The notes under the pieces: generated by a model | What the model was told of the DNA's origin: nothing | The model's database searches: none | What the model saw: the letters and a program-made list of their open reading frames with translations, nothing else | Source: Gloeobacterales cyanobacterium | Lineage (GTDB): Bacteria > Cyanobacteriota > Cyanobacteriia > Gloeobacterales > PMM-0068 | DNA: 64,000 bases | Reading direction: 5' to 3' | NCBI GenBank assembly: GCA_038245785.1 | Contig: JBBRSB010000010.1 | Location: forward strand, 1 to 64,000 | Translations under genes and position numbers: made by a program | Shown: positions 36,561-46,316 of the stretch, one piece after another | Layout: the number at the start of each line of letters is the position of its first letter | Numbering within the stretch: position 1 is the stretch's first letter

Positions 36561-37439
36561 TTAAGTGCCCATAGCATGATAGCCACAATCTACATAAATC
36601 ACTTCGCCCGTGATCGCGCTGCTGAGCGGACTGAGCAAGAAAAGAACCGTATTCGCGACTTCTTCTGCCTCAATCGGGCGGGGAAGGGGTGACTTTGCCA
36701 CCGCATGATCAATCATTTGACCAATATCGCCAATGCCACGCGCGGCGCGAGAAGCATAGGGGCCTGGAGAGACTAAATTCACCCGATGGCCTTTTTGTCC
36801 CAAGAAATAAGAGAGCTGCTTGGCATCAATTTGCAATGCTGCCTTAGCACTGGACATCCCTCCTCCATAGTAGGGAACGGCCCGGTCTCCACCGATATAG
36901 GTCAATCCGACCACAGCGCCTTCCCGACCTTCCATGAGTGGAAGACAGTGGTGACAGAGCGCAGTCAGAGAATAGGCAGAAATTGAAAGTGCTTCCAGAT
37001 AGGCTCGGCGGGAAGTATCAATCAAAGGATTTTTAATTTCACGGGCAAAAGCGACTGAATGAATGATGTAGTCCACGGAGCCGAAATCAGCCTTCAGGGA
37101 CTGTGCCAAGCCAGAAACCGTAAAATCAGTGTCTTTACTATAGCCTTTGACTTCATATTGTTCGTCGGGCACATCCGCTAAGGTGTCGTACTGGAGATCG
37201 GACGGATACACCTTGCTTGGGCTAAATTCTCCCTCGACGCCGAAAGGTAACTTTCGGTCTTCATCGTTAGCCGAGCGGCCCAATGTTTTTTCCACAATGT
37301 TGAAAACGCGTGGATGGACTGCAAGCGCCACTTGAGCGTCGGCTGCTTGCAGGACCTTGGCGATATGCCATCCAAAGCCCACCGTATCGGCTACTCCTGT
37401 CACGAGTGCGGTTTTACCAGAAAGGTTGATAGGAATCAT
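36561..37439 (-). CDS. fabI: Enoyl-ACP reductase, plant/chlamydial type
   Basis: GVADTVGFGWHIAK, a long insertion after the first Rossmann strands, PLIDTSRRAYL, YGGGMSSAKAAL and GPYASRAA; start ATG 37439. Confidence 0.9.
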   Translation of the reverse strand: MIPINLSGKTALVTGVADTVGFGWHIAKVLQAADAQVALAVHPRVFNIVEKTLGRSANDEDRKLPFGVEGEFSPSKVYPSDLQYDTLADVPDEQYEVKGYSKDTDFTVSGLAQSLKADFGSVDYIIHSVAFAREIKNPLIDTSRRAYLEALSISAYSLTALCHHCLPLMEGREGAVVGLTYIGGDRAVPYYGGGMSSAKAALQIDAKQLSYFLGQKGHRVNLVSPGPYASRAARGIGDIGQMIDHAVAKSPLPRPIEAEEVANTVLFLLSPLSSAITGEVIYVDCGYHAMGT

Positions 37440-37575
37440 CGCTCTGTTGCCTAGCTGCGCCCTGATTCTACCGTGTGACAGTGTAGATAAGACGTAGATG
37501 AGTCGATAGATACTGCGCATGTAGAGCGAGGAGACTGCTAGCTTGGGAGAAGGAAGTATGGGGCTTTGACAGACT

Positions 37576-37728
37576 GTGGGCAGACCAAAATGGGTGGCGA
37601 TTATAACGGGAATTGTCTCTCTGGGACTGGGATTTGGCTATTTAATCTTGGTCCAATTCTTGGATTTTCGTGGAGACTTTCAACCAGCCCCTGAAGAGTC
37701 TGTTCCAGCCCAAACCACAAAGCCTTAA
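37576..37728 (+). CDS. Small conserved cyanobacterial membrane protein (50 aa)
   Basis: GTG start: MGRPKWVAIITGIVSLGLGFGYLILVQFLDFRGDFQPAPEESVPAQTTKP; below the ORF-track length cutoff. Confidence 0.75.
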   Translation: MGRPKWVAIITGIVSLGLGFGYLILVQFLDFRGDFQPAPEESVPAQTTKP

Positions 37729-37767
37729 ATTTCGCCAGATTTCAGCCTCAAACAAAGGGACTCCACT

Positions 37768-38463
37768 ATGTCCAAGCCTTCTAAGTCTTCGGCGCTTTCA
37801 ACTACCGTTGTTCTTGCAATGACGGTGGATGGCAAAATCAGTGCCACAGATCCACGTGCGCCGAGGGCTCCCGATACCGCAGACCAAGCCCATTTAGAGT
37901 ATCAGGTATCCTTAGCAGACCTGATTTTGGTGGGAGCAGGGACTATACGAGCAGAAGGGACTACCTTCACTGTCCGCAATCCTGAACTTTTGGCAGCCCG
38001 TGCCGTGCGGGGGCAATCTCCCCAACCGATTACCTGTGTCGTGTCTCGTTCCCTAGAACTGCCTGTGGATCTTCCTTTTTTCAGCCAGGATGTCCAGCGC
38101 TGGATCTTCACGACGGGAGACAGTTTAAAACGCAATTCGCAACCGACTTTGCATGAATTTGCAGAATTAGTAGACCTGGGAAAAACGGACCTAGATTGGG
38201 ACCGGGCCTATACTTTCATAAAAAAGCAAGGCATTCATAAGGTGGTCGCGTTAGGCGGTGGTGATTTGACAGCAGCCCTAATAGAGGCTGGTCGTATCAA
38301 TGACCTTTGGTTAACCGTGTGGCCTGTGATCTATGGAGGACGGAATGCACCCAGTCCTGTTGAAGGAGAAGGGTTTATTCCCAGACAGGCCCCACAGCTT
38401 CAACTCGTCGAAAGCCGTCAAATGGGCAGTGAGTTGTTTCTGCATTACCAGGTGTTGAGCTAA
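37768..38463 (+). CDS. RibD C-terminal domain (reductase-like) protein
   Basis: LAMTVDGKI, ILVGAGTIR, LGGGDL and PVIYGGRNAPSPVEG. Confidence 0.9.
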   Translation: MSKPSKSSALSTTVVLAMTVDGKISATDPRAPRAPDTADQAHLEYQVSLADLILVGAGTIRAEGTTFTVRNPELLAARAVRGQSPQPITCVVSRSLELPVDLPFFSQDVQRWIFTTGDSLKRNSQPTLHEFAELVDLGKTDLDWDRAYTFIKKQGIHKVVALGGGDLTAALIEAGRINDLWLTVWPVIYGGRNAPSPVEGEGFIPRQAPQLQLVESRQMGSELFLHYQVLS

Positions 38464-38549
38464 GCGTTCTTCTCCAGTTGAGTCCATTTGAGCTATCGAG
38501 ACGAGAGCATCCCTGTCGATTCGCATATAACGCGTAGTACAACAGAACT

Positions 38550-39050
38550 ATGTCTGAAATGCCACAGCCTGTAACGACTAATCTTGAACAGACCAGCATC
38601 CATTTTTTGGAGCAAAGCCCCAAAGCTCGTCTTGCAATCTTAAGAGGACTAGGCTTGGCTCGCTATGCACCCGTTCTGACCCAAATGCCGCTCACCAAAG
38701 CCAACCTTGCCTGTGCGATGCGATTTTTTCAGAATCCAAACCGGGTGAAATTTCCTGACCTACGCGGTGCGGAACTGGCAGGTTTGGTCTTAGATGGGGT
38801 GAATTTTATTCGTGGAGATCTATCAGGAGCTAATCTGCAAGGTTGCCGACTCCACAAAGCAGATTTAGTTTTTGCCCGACTGGTCAAAACGGACCTGCGG
38901 AATGCTGATCTGCGAGGGGCGACCCTTAACGAAACGTTATGGTCTGGAACTTTGGTAGAAGGGTGTCAATTGGGACGAGGCATAGGCCTAACGGACCAAC
39001 AAAAGCAGGAACTTAGGGCTCGTGGAGCGTTCCTCGACAGAGTCGAATAA
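38550..39050 (+). CDS. Pentapeptide repeat protein
   Basis: GDLSG ANLQG CRLHK ADLVF ARLVK TDLRN ADLRG ATLNE. Confidence 0.9.
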   Translation: MSEMPQPVTTNLEQTSIHFLEQSPKARLAILRGLGLARYAPVLTQMPLTKANLACAMRFFQNPNRVKFPDLRGAELAGLVLDGVNFIRGDLSGANLQGCRLHKADLVFARLVKTDLRNADLRGATLNETLWSGTLVEGCQLGRGIGLTDQQKQELRARGAFLDRVE

Positions 39051-39116
39051 TTTCTTTTGACAACGGTCCCACAGTTTCCTATAATGTTGACTTTGCTAAT
39101 TAGCGTGTGAATCTTC

Positions 39117-39230
39117 ATGAAGGTCAGAGCATCCGTAAAGAAGATCTGCGAGAAATGTCGTGTGATCAAGCGTAAAGGTCGGGTTATGGTCATCTGCCAA
39201 AACCCAAAACATAAGCAGCGTCAAGGATAA
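39117..39230 (+). CDS. rpmJ: 50S ribosomal protein L36
   Basis: Manual translation [37 protein letters not shown]. Confidence 0.99.
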   Translation: MKVRASVKKICEKCRVIKRKGRVMVICQNPKHKQRQG

Positions 39231-39251
39231 TCAGGAGCAGCAGTACATCAA

Positions 39252-39635
39252 ATGGCACGGATAGCAGGCGTCGATATCCCCAGAGATAAGCGTATCGAAA
39301 TTGGTTTGACCTACATTTACGGTATTGGTTTAGCCCGTTCTCAAGAAATATTGCATTCTACAGGCATCGGTCCCGATACCCGTGTACGCGAGCTTTCTGA
39401 TGTTCAGGTGGCAACCCTCCGCGAAGTGATTGAGAATCGCTACACCGTAGAAGGCGACCTTCGCCGCACGGAAGGGATGAACATTAAACGGCTGCAAGAT
39501 ATCGGTTGCATCCGAGGTCGTCGTCACCGTCTTGGTTTGCCTGTTCGCGGGCAGCGCACCAAAACCAATGCTCGTACCCGCCGTGGCGGCAAGCGCATCG
39601 CGGTAGCTGGGAAGAAGAAAGCTCCTAAGAAGTAA
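39252..39635 (+). CDS. rpsM: 30S ribosomal protein S13
   Basis: [14 protein letters not shown]...[15 protein letters not shown]. Confidence 0.99.
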   Translation: MARIAGVDIPRDKRIEIGLTYIYGIGLARSQEILHSTGIGPDTRVRELSDVQVATLREVIENRYTVEGDLRRTEGMNIKRLQDIGCIRGRRHRLGLPVRGQRTKTNARTRRGGKRIAVAGKKKAPKK

Positions 39636-39708
39636 AAGCTCCCAAGAAATAAGTAATTAACCCAGCTCACTTAGCGCGCTTACTTAGCGAATATAAACAG
39701 GCAAACAC

Positions 39709-40119
39709 ATGGCAAAGCAACAGCAGAAACCCAGCACCAGCAAGGTTAAGGGTAAAAAAAAGGTCAAACGGAATGTACCCTCTGGGGTAGCCCACATCCA
39801 ATCCACCTTCAACAACACCATCGTCAGCATTTCTGATCCCAATGGAGAAGTAATCTCTTGGGCTTCCGCCGGGTCCTCCGGATTTAAGGGAGCGAAGAAA
39901 GGAACTCCTTTCGCGGCTCAGCAAGCAGCAGAATCTGCGGCTCGTTCTGCTGGCGGTCAAGGCATGCGCCAGGTTGAAGTCTTGGTAAGTGGTCCCGGTG
40001 CAGGCCGTGAAACCGCTATTCGTGCGCTCCAAACCGCAGGTCTAGAAATCACCCTCATTCGTGACGTTACCCCTATCCCCCACAACGGTGTGCGCCCTCC
40101 CAAGCGCCGCCGCGTTTAG
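39709..40119 (+). CDS. rpsK: 30S ribosomal protein S11
   Basis: HIQSTFNNT...[18 protein letters not shown]. Confidence 0.99.
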   Translation: MAKQQQKPSTSKVKGKKKVKRNVPSGVAHIQSTFNNTIVSISDPNGEVISWASAGSSGFKGAKKGTPFAAQQAAESAARSAGGQGMRQVEVLVSGPGAGRETAIRALQTAGLEITLIRDVTPIPHNGVRPPKRRRV

Positions 40120-40148
40120 TTTACGCAACAACAAAGGACGAAAGATTC

Positions 40149-40769
40149 ATGGCTCGTTATACTGGCCCAGTCTGTAAACTTTGTCGTGCAGTCGGGATGA
40201 AGCTCTATCTAAAGGGCACCCGCTGCACTTCTCCAAAGTGCGCTATCGAAAAGCGCAACTATCGCCCCGGCCAACACGGCCAGGGTCGTACCAAGTTGAG
40301 CGAGTACGCTATCCGACTTAAGGAAAAGCAGAAAGCCCGATGGACCTACGGAATGCTGGAAAAGCAATTCCGTCGAACCTTTGCTGATGCTGCACGTGCA
40401 CGTGGTAACACCGGAGCCAAGTTCATTGAACTCTTGGAGCGCCGTCTAGATAACATCGTGTACCGTTTAGGTTTCGCGATTTCTCGTTCTCAAGCTCGTC
40501 AATTCGTCAACCATGGACACTTTGAGGTCAATGGTCGTCGTGCTTCTACCCCTAGTCTCAGAGTCCGCCCTGGCGACCAGATTACCGTGGTGGAAGCATC
40601 CAGGAAATTTGTCAAAGAGACTCTGGAAGCTGTCAATCTACCTGCATCTCCTCCTTGGCTTGAGTCCAATCGGGAAGAACTGAAAGGCCGGATTGTAAGG
40701 ACTCCTGAGCGGGAAGAGGTCGATACGCCCGTGCGTGAACTCTTGATTGTTGAATTCTATTCCCGCTAG
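40149..40769 (+). CDS. rpsD: 30S ribosomal protein S4 (four-cysteine form)
   Basis: MARYTGPVCKLCR...RCTSPKC, LERRLDNIVYRLGF and IVEFYSR. Confidence 0.99.
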   Translation: MARYTGPVCKLCRAVGMKLYLKGTRCTSPKCAIEKRNYRPGQHGQGRTKLSEYAIRLKEKQKARWTYGMLEKQFRRTFADAARARGNTGAKFIELLERRLDNIVYRLGFAISRSQARQFVNHGHFEVNGRRASTPSLRVRPGDQITVVEASRKFVKETLEAVNLPASPPWLESNREELKGRIVRTPEREEVDTPVRELLIVEFYSR

Positions 40770-40781
40770 CGGAGGAGTACT

Positions 40782-41729
40782 ATGACCTACTCTATTGAGC
40801 ATGTGGAGACTCGTGCTGAAGCGGATAAAGCTCAGTACGGAAAATTTGTATTAGAACCCTTAGACCGTGGACAGGGAACCACTTTAGGCAATGCCCTACG
40901 CAGAGTGCTTCTGTCAAATATTGAAGGGGCTGCGGTTACTTCAGTCCGCATCACAGGCGTGAGCCATGAGTTCGCAACCCTTCCTGGGGTCCGCGAAGAC
41001 GTTCTCGACATTCTTCTAAATATGAAGGAGCTAGTTCTTCGCTCCCATACCAGTGATTTGGTAATCGGTCGTCTGGCGCTCCAGGGGCCAAAACTAGTCA
41101 CAGCAGCAGATTTAGAACTTCCCTCAGAAGTAGAAATCGTCAATTCCTACCATCCGATTGCCACCTTGGCTGATGATGGTCAACTGGAAATGGAATTTCA
41201 AATTGAGCGGGGAATTGGCTATCGGTCTATTGACCGCAGCATAGAGGACAGCAAATCGGTAGATTATCTATCCATTGATGCTGTGTTCATGCCTGTGCGC
41301 AAGGTCAACTACACCGTAGAGAACATCCGCATCGGGACCAGCATTGTTGATTTGGACAAACTGACCTTGGAAATCTGGACCAACGGTTCTGTCACTCCTC
41401 AGGAAGCGCTTTCCCAAGCGGCTCGGATTTTAGTTGGCCAACTGCTACCCTTGCAGGAAATCACTTTTGAGGCTCCCGTTGAGCCTGCGAAAGGGACTCC
41501 TCAGGATAAGAGCAGCCAAACAGCGATCGAAGAGCTTCAACTTTCTGTTCGAGCCTACAACTGCTTGAAGCGGGCGCAGATCAACTACGTAGCGGATTTA
41601 CTCCAATACACCGAAGAAGACCTGCTTGAAATCAAGAACTTTGGACAAAAGTCTGCTGAAGAAGTGATTGATGCCCTCAAGGATAAACTCGGCCTCACCC
41701 TACCTAAGGAGCGGCCTTCGAAAGGCTAA
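40782..41729 (+). CDS. rpoA: RNA polymerase alpha subunit
   Basis: PLDRGQGTTLGNALRRVLL, LSVRAYNCLKRAQI and NFGQKS. Confidence 0.99.
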   Translation: MTYSIEHVETRAEADKAQYGKFVLEPLDRGQGTTLGNALRRVLLSNIEGAAVTSVRITGVSHEFATLPGVREDVLDILLNMKELVLRSHTSDLVIGRLALQGPKLVTAADLELPSEVEIVNSYHPIATLADDGQLEMEFQIERGIGYRSIDRSIEDSKSVDYLSIDAVFMPVRKVNYTVENIRIGTSIVDLDKLTLEIWTNGSVTPQEALSQAARILVGQLLPLQEITFEAPVEPAKGTPQDKSSQTAIEELQLSVRAYNCLKRAQINYVADLLQYTEEDLLEIKNFGQKSAEEVIDALKDKLGLTLPKERPSKG

Positions 41730-41740
41730 GGTAAACCATT

Positions 41741-42094
41741 ATGAGACACGGTAAACGTATCGCCCGCCTCGGCAAACCCGCAGATCAGCGCAAAGCCCTA
41801 ATGCGTTCTTTGACGACAGAGTTGCTTCGTCATGGACAGATCAAAACTACTTTGGTTCGCGCTAAGGCAGTCCGTTCTGAAGCTGAGCACATTATTACCT
41901 TGGCTAAAGAAGGCTCTATTCACAGTCGCCGCCAAGCAGCTGGTTATCTGTTTGACCAAACCTTGGTCAAAGCATTATTTGAGGGAGTTCCTGAGCGCTA
42001 TAGCAAGCGCGTAGGAGGCTATACCCGGATTATGCGCACCGTTTCCCGTAGGGGAGATGGCGCTCCGATGGCCGTGATTGAACTCGTCGATTAA
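41741..42094 (+). CDS. rplQ: 50S ribosomal protein L17
   Basis: MRHGKR...GGYTRI...[14 protein letters not shown]. Confidence 0.99.
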   Translation: MRHGKRIARLGKPADQRKALMRSLTTELLRHGQIKTTLVRAKAVRSEAEHIITLAKEGSIHSRRQAAGYLFDQTLVKALFEGVPERYSKRVGGYTRIMRTVSRRGDGAPMAVIELVD

Positions 42095-42117
42095 GCGTTT
42101 TAAGCATTTGTTTTTGG

Positions 42118-42146
42118 AAAAGCCCATCTGCGAAGGTGGGCTTTTT
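42118..42146 (+). terminator. Intrinsic terminator of the alpha operon
   Basis: AAAAGCCCATCT-GCGA-AGGTGGGCTTTTT. Confidence 0.85.
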
Positions 42147-42214
42147 ATTGAATGAATTTCCTAGCCGCCTAATCAATAGAGCTCCTGCATGAATTAACGT
42201 TTGCCCACTTACGT

Positions 42215-42409
42215 GTGAATCGCAAAGATGGTTATCCAAAATATTTTCTATATGGTTATTTGGATGAATGGATAATCATGCCCAACCCGGTGCATAGGAT
42301 GGTGGCATCAAACCACCAACGGCGTAGGGGCGATTTGCAAATCGCCCCTACGAACGCCGAAAATGCCACCACACCGCCTGAAAAAATGTTCCAATGGTTT
42401 GTGTTTTGA
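42215..42409 (+). mobile_element. Remnant of a REP-associated tyrosine transposase (RAYT/TnpA-REP)
   Basis: YLDEWIIMPNPVHRMV resembles the LDEWVIMPNHxHGI HUH motif with the first His lost; a GTAG-type palindrome follows immediately. Confidence 0.6.
42323..42352. repeat. GTAG-family REP-like perfect palindrome (30 bp)
   Basis: CGTAGGGGCGATTTG-CAAATCGCCCCTACG. Confidence 0.85.
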
Positions 42410-42486
42410 CATGCAAAACCATTTTCTCAAAATGGATAAATATCATCTGGTATTACTTTTCGGGATTTATGCAGGAGCTCTAATCT

Positions 42487-42762
42487 CTACAGTCTCTTGC
42501 CCATACTTACAACATCATCTACTGGCGAAACCGCTAGGTGATTCAGCCATCCACGGTGGCCCTCATAATATCCTGCCATCACGGTAGCGATAACCTGGGA
42601 ATCGAGAGTGCCTACTAAAAACAAATCAGGCTGAATTTGGAGTTTGAAGGCAATATCTTGTTGAGGATCGTTCCAAGGAACAAGGAGGTTACAGCAATCC
42701 CACAAGTCAATAACCTGTAATTCATCGCCTGTCTGATAAGGTCTGATATTGATAGGTAGCAT
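42487..42762 (-). pseudogene. YpeA-like GNAT acetyltransferase with internal deletion
   Basis: PWNDPQQDI...EGHRGWLNHLAVSP is joined directly to the family's C-terminal DDVVSMGKRL; the acetyl-CoA binding segment is missing. Confidence 0.7.
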
Positions 42763-42767
42763 TTGAC

Positions 42768-43156
42768 CTAGACTTCGACTTTATAATTCAGGCTTATTTC
42801 ATCACCGGGCAAGCCTCGGAAACCCCAGTTATGTTTTGAAGTTTCAAAAATAGTAATCTCTAAGTCTTTGGGGCGATGCTTAATTTATGCTCGACTCGCT
42901 GAAAAAGCAATCGAATTAAGTGCTTCTTCATTTCTACCGAACGTCCCTCAAACATACTGATTTCAAGAATCGTATACTGTTCACTGCGGTCGGGTGGATA
43001 GTAAAAATCAGATTTATCCAAAGGAAAGAAGCAATGCGCCCTTTTATCGGGGGGATAGTGCAAAGCTTCTACTACGCAAGAGTGGATGACCTCCGACAGC
43101 TCAGCTTTAATCGGGTTGAGGTGTTCTCTGATTCCAAAGATTTTAATTTGAGACAT
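42768..43156 (-). pseudogene. Tautomerase-family protein, frameshifted
   Basis: The ORF stops at 42860 but continues in another frame as DLEITIFETSKHNWGFRGLPGDEISLNYKVEV* to 42768; a sequencing error cannot be excluded. Confidence 0.75.
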
Positions 43157-43165
43157 GACCGAACT

Positions 43166-43528
43166 CTAACTGACCAATAGCCCTTCAATCGCCAAGAGGG
43201 TAAAAAAACTTCCCGTTAACATCAGATGATTGGCGGTCCAGGAGAAGAGGTGTTCTTGAGCCTCTGGGCTTTGGAGATGACGAGCAACTAAATACAAGCT
43301 GAAGCCAATCCAGCCAATGGTCAGGCCCATAATCGGCAAGTTCATCAGCGGAATAAGATCTAAGTAGCTCCAGGCAAAGCAGAGGTAGAGTAAGGCCAGC
43401 ATGAGCGTTACGAGGAAACGATACTGTTCCTGAGGCAGCAGCGCAAAACCATTGAAAATGCGGCCATCAAAGAAACTGACCGCCACTCCCATCACCATCA
43501 CTGAAAGACTATATGCTAGGGCATCCAA
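43166..43528 (-). CDS. Hypothetical membrane protein
   Basis: Four hydrophobic segments; GGAGG RBS before TTG. Confidence 0.65.
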   Translation of the reverse strand: MDALAYSLSVMVMGVAVSFFDGRIFNGFALLPQEQYRFLVTLMLALLYLCFAWSYLDLIPLMNLPIMGLTIGWIGFSLYLVARHLQSPEAQEHLFSWTANHLMLTGSFFTLLAIEGLLVS

Positions 43529-43707
43529 ACAAGCTCCTCCAGAACATTGGATTTATTATTGCCCAATCAGTGAAAAACTACTAGGTATTCATGCTGATCA
43601 AAGCTGATTCAAAAATCAAAGCCCGAAGCAGGCTCCCCGATCCCCTATAATTGTTCAGGGAAGTTAAATATTAAGTTGGCCTTAGTCCTTTATTGCCTGA
43701 GTTATTG

Positions 43708-44442
43708 ATGGGGAATTCCACAACTGCAAAAACCTTGGTGCTCCTAACGGGTGCCACCAGCGGTATTGGGAAGCACACAGCTATAGCTCTAGCTAAGGCA
43801 GGTTATCCTCTGGCTTTGGTTGCTCGCTCCGAAGATAAACTTCAACAGATTTGTGCGGAGATTGAAGCCCTTCAAGTCCAAGGATCTGCCGCATCCTACT
43901 TTCCTCAAGATTTGACCGAGCTGACAAGCCTGGAGACTGTGGTTGAGAAAATTGAGAGAGAGCGAGGCAGCATCGGCGTCCTGATTAATAATGCAGGCAT
44001 GGGCTATATAAAGCCCTTATTGGAAACTCCAATTCAAGAATGGCAGCAGGTCTTAGACTTAAACCTCACTGCTATTTTCGCGCTCACCCAGTCGGTAGTT
44101 CGACGAATGGTTGAACGGAGAGAAGGCCTTGTGGTAAATCTATGCTCCATAGCAGCCCAGAGGACTTTTCCTAATTGGGGGGCCTATAGTGCCAGTAAGT
44201 TTGCTCTTTTGGCACTGAGCCGTACCCTGGCACAAGAAGTCCGTAGCTCTGGGGTGCGTGTGACCGCGCTGTGTCCAGGGGCCGTAGACACCCCTTTGTG
44301 GGACAGTCTTAATGCAGGCTTTGACCGAACGCAAATGCTTTCCCCTGAAACGGTTGCTCAATGGATTGTCCAGACGCTTGCCTTGCCCCCGCAAGCTGTT
44401 TTGGAAGAGGCAATCCTGATGCCATCAGGTGGTGCTCTTTAG
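43708..44442 (+). CDS. SDR family oxidoreductase upstream of folE (possibly pterin metabolism)
   Basis: [12 protein letters not shown] and YSASK. Confidence 0.9.
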   Translation: MGNSTTAKTLVLLTGATSGIGKHTAIALAKAGYPLALVARSEDKLQQICAEIEALQVQGSAASYFPQDLTELTSLETVVEKIERERGSIGVLINNAGMGYIKPLLETPIQEWQQVLDLNLTAIFALTQSVVRRMVERREGLVVNLCSIAAQRTFPNWGAYSASKFALLALSRTLAQEVRSSGVRVTALCPGAVDTPLWDSLNAGFDRTQMLSPETVAQWIVQTLALPPQAVLEEAILMPSGGAL

Positions 44443-44489
44443 TTCTTCTACTATTTATTTTTTGTTTTGTAATTCCTGGAGGAATCGAT

Positions 44490-45116
44490 ATGTCCGTGGC
44501 TGAATCGAAAGATAGCTGGTCTCCCAGTACGCCCCTTGCGGCTTCCCCTGACACTGAGGAAATGGTGAAAGCAGTAGAAGTTTTGATTCGAGGGGTAGGT
44601 GAAGACCCAAACCGAGAAGGACTGGAAAAAACGCCTTCCCGAGTGGCGGCAGCTCTACAATTTCTGACCCAGGGCTACAACCAATCGCTAGAAGAGATAG
44701 TCAATGAAGCGATCTTTGATGTCGGCCACGACGAAATGGTTTTGGTTCGAGATATCGAACTGTTTAGCATGTGTGAGCATCACATGCTCCCCTTCATTGG
44801 CCGCGCTCATGTAGGCTATATTCCTAACCAAAAAGTCGTAGGACTTTCCAAACTCGCTCGTATTGTCGAAATGTATGCCCGGCGGATGCAGGTCCAAGAG
44901 AGGCTAACCCGCCAGATCGCTGAAGCTATCCAGAAATGTCTGCAGCCTCAGGGAGTAGCGGTCGTGATCGAAGCATCCCATATGTGTATGGTTATGCGCG
45001 GAGTTCAAAAACCTAGTTCATGGACCGTGACTAGCTCCATGGTCGGAGTTTTCAGAGAAGATCTCAGGACACGCGAAGAATTTCTGAATTTGATTCGCCA
45101 CAGACCCCAGTTCTGA
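44490..45116 (+). CDS. folE: GTP cyclohydrolase I
   Basis: [24 protein letters not shown] and HMCMVMRGV; start ATG 44490 after GGAGG. Confidence 0.98.
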   Translation: MSVAESKDSWSPSTPLAASPDTEEMVKAVEVLIRGVGEDPNREGLEKTPSRVAAALQFLTQGYNQSLEEIVNEAIFDVGHDEMVLVRDIELFSMCEHHMLPFIGRAHVGYIPNQKVVGLSKLARIVEMYARRMQVQERLTRQIAEAIQKCLQPQGVAVVIEASHMCMVMRGVQKPSSWTVTSSMVGVFREDLRTREEFLNLIRHRPQF

Positions 45117-45149
45117 AGCTAGACTGTCTGAACTGAATGCTTAAAGCAG

Positions 45150-45404
45150 ATGGGCTCTCCTCAAACTACGGTGTACGTAAAGGTCAATCACTCCTCTTGG
45201 CCCTCAGGTGAATTGTTCGGTGAAGTCCAAGCAGGATCTTTCGAATGGACCTTTGCTTGGCACTTTCGCCAGGATAAACTCCGGCTGACGCCTCCTCTGG
45301 GTAGCGCCTTAGTTTCTGAACCGCTCCATCGCTTTTTAGAGCGTCATGACTACAATCTGGAGTTGGGAGAGGTTTACTCTTTTGTCTTAAAAGCCCATAT
45401 TTGA
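45150..45404 (+). CDS. DUF3146-like cyanobacterial protein
   Basis: PQTTVYVKV...GEVQAGSFEWTFAWHF...PPLGSALVSEPLHRFLE...YNLELG. Confidence 0.75.
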   Translation: MGSPQTTVYVKVNHSSWPSGELFGEVQAGSFEWTFAWHFRQDKLRLTPPLGSALVSEPLHRFLERHDYNLELGEVYSFVLKAHI

Positions 45405-45497
45405 GAAAGGTCTTAGTCAAATCAATATTCGCAAACACAACAAAATCGGGCATCTTAAGATTATTCCGGCTTCTTTTCTCTCTGGAGCTTCCGCAGC

Positions 45498-46310
45498 GTG
45501 CCTTCCGCTTTCTCTCAGCACAGTGATGTCCTTAAAATCTTACAGCTGACAGATACTCACCTCTATGGGACTCCTAAAGCCCGGTTGGCAGGCATAGATA
45601 CTTATGCTTCTCTCCAGAATGTTATAGCTCTAGCACAAGCCCAGCATTGGCCACCGGATCTGATTTTGGCCACGGGAGACCTATCTCAAGATGGATCTCG
45701 AGAGGCCTACGAGCGGCTACAAACTATTTTTGAAAGCTTGGCAGTCCCTATTTACCATCTGCCAGGTAATCACGATATACCAGCAGTTATGCAAGAAGTT
45801 CTCGCTGGCGGCCCTATCCAAACTGGACGACATTATCTTCGAAGTCCATGGCAGATCATTTTGTTGGATTCCACTGTGCCGGATGAAGTGGGAGGGCATC
45901 TACCGGCCAAAGAGTTAGATTTCTTAGACCAGTGTTTACGGTCCTACCCAGAGCGCTATGCTCTGGTCTGCCTCCATCATCAGCCTGTGCCTGTCGGTAA
46001 TCGCTGGATGGATGAAATTGGCTTAGACAATCCTGATCGTTTTTTTGCCATACTAGACCGCTATCCCCGAGCCAAAGGCGTACTTTGGGGGCATGTCCAT
46101 CAGCACTTTGAACAGGAACGCATAGGAGTCCGGCTGTTGGCCACCCCTTCTACCTGTATCCAATTCAAGCCCGGAACAGCAGAATTTACCTTGGATACGA
46201 CTTTGCCTGGTTATCGTTGGTTAGAACTGGCTCCTACAGGCTATATCCGTACAGGCGTGTGCCGTACAGACCAGATTCAGCTTATAGATTTAGCTACCAA
46301 AGAGTACTAA
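45498..46310 (+). CDS. cpdA: 3',5'-cyclic-nucleotide phosphodiesterase (Icc/CpdA)
   Basis: DTHL, TGDLSQD, PGNHD, LHHQP, WGHVHQ and TPSTCIQF. Confidence 0.9.
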   Translation: MPSAFSQHSDVLKILQLTDTHLYGTPKARLAGIDTYASLQNVIALAQAQHWPPDLILATGDLSQDGSREAYERLQTIFESLAVPIYHLPGNHDIPAVMQEVLAGGPIQTGRHYLRSPWQIILLDSTVPDEVGGHLPAKELDFLDQCLRSYPERYALVCLHHQPVPVGNRWMDEIGLDNPDRFFAILDRYPRAKGVLWGHVHQHFEQERIGVRLLATPSTCIQFKPGTAEFTLDTTLPGYRWLELAPTGYIRTGVCRTDQIQLIDLATKEY

Positions 46311-46316
46311 TGCAGC

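Noticed and set aside
39618..39652. Short duplication of the rpsM 3' end (AAGCTCCTAAGAAGTAA / AAGCTCCCAAGAAATAA)
   Set aside because: Probably a local duplication; nothing suggests it is an att site or functional.
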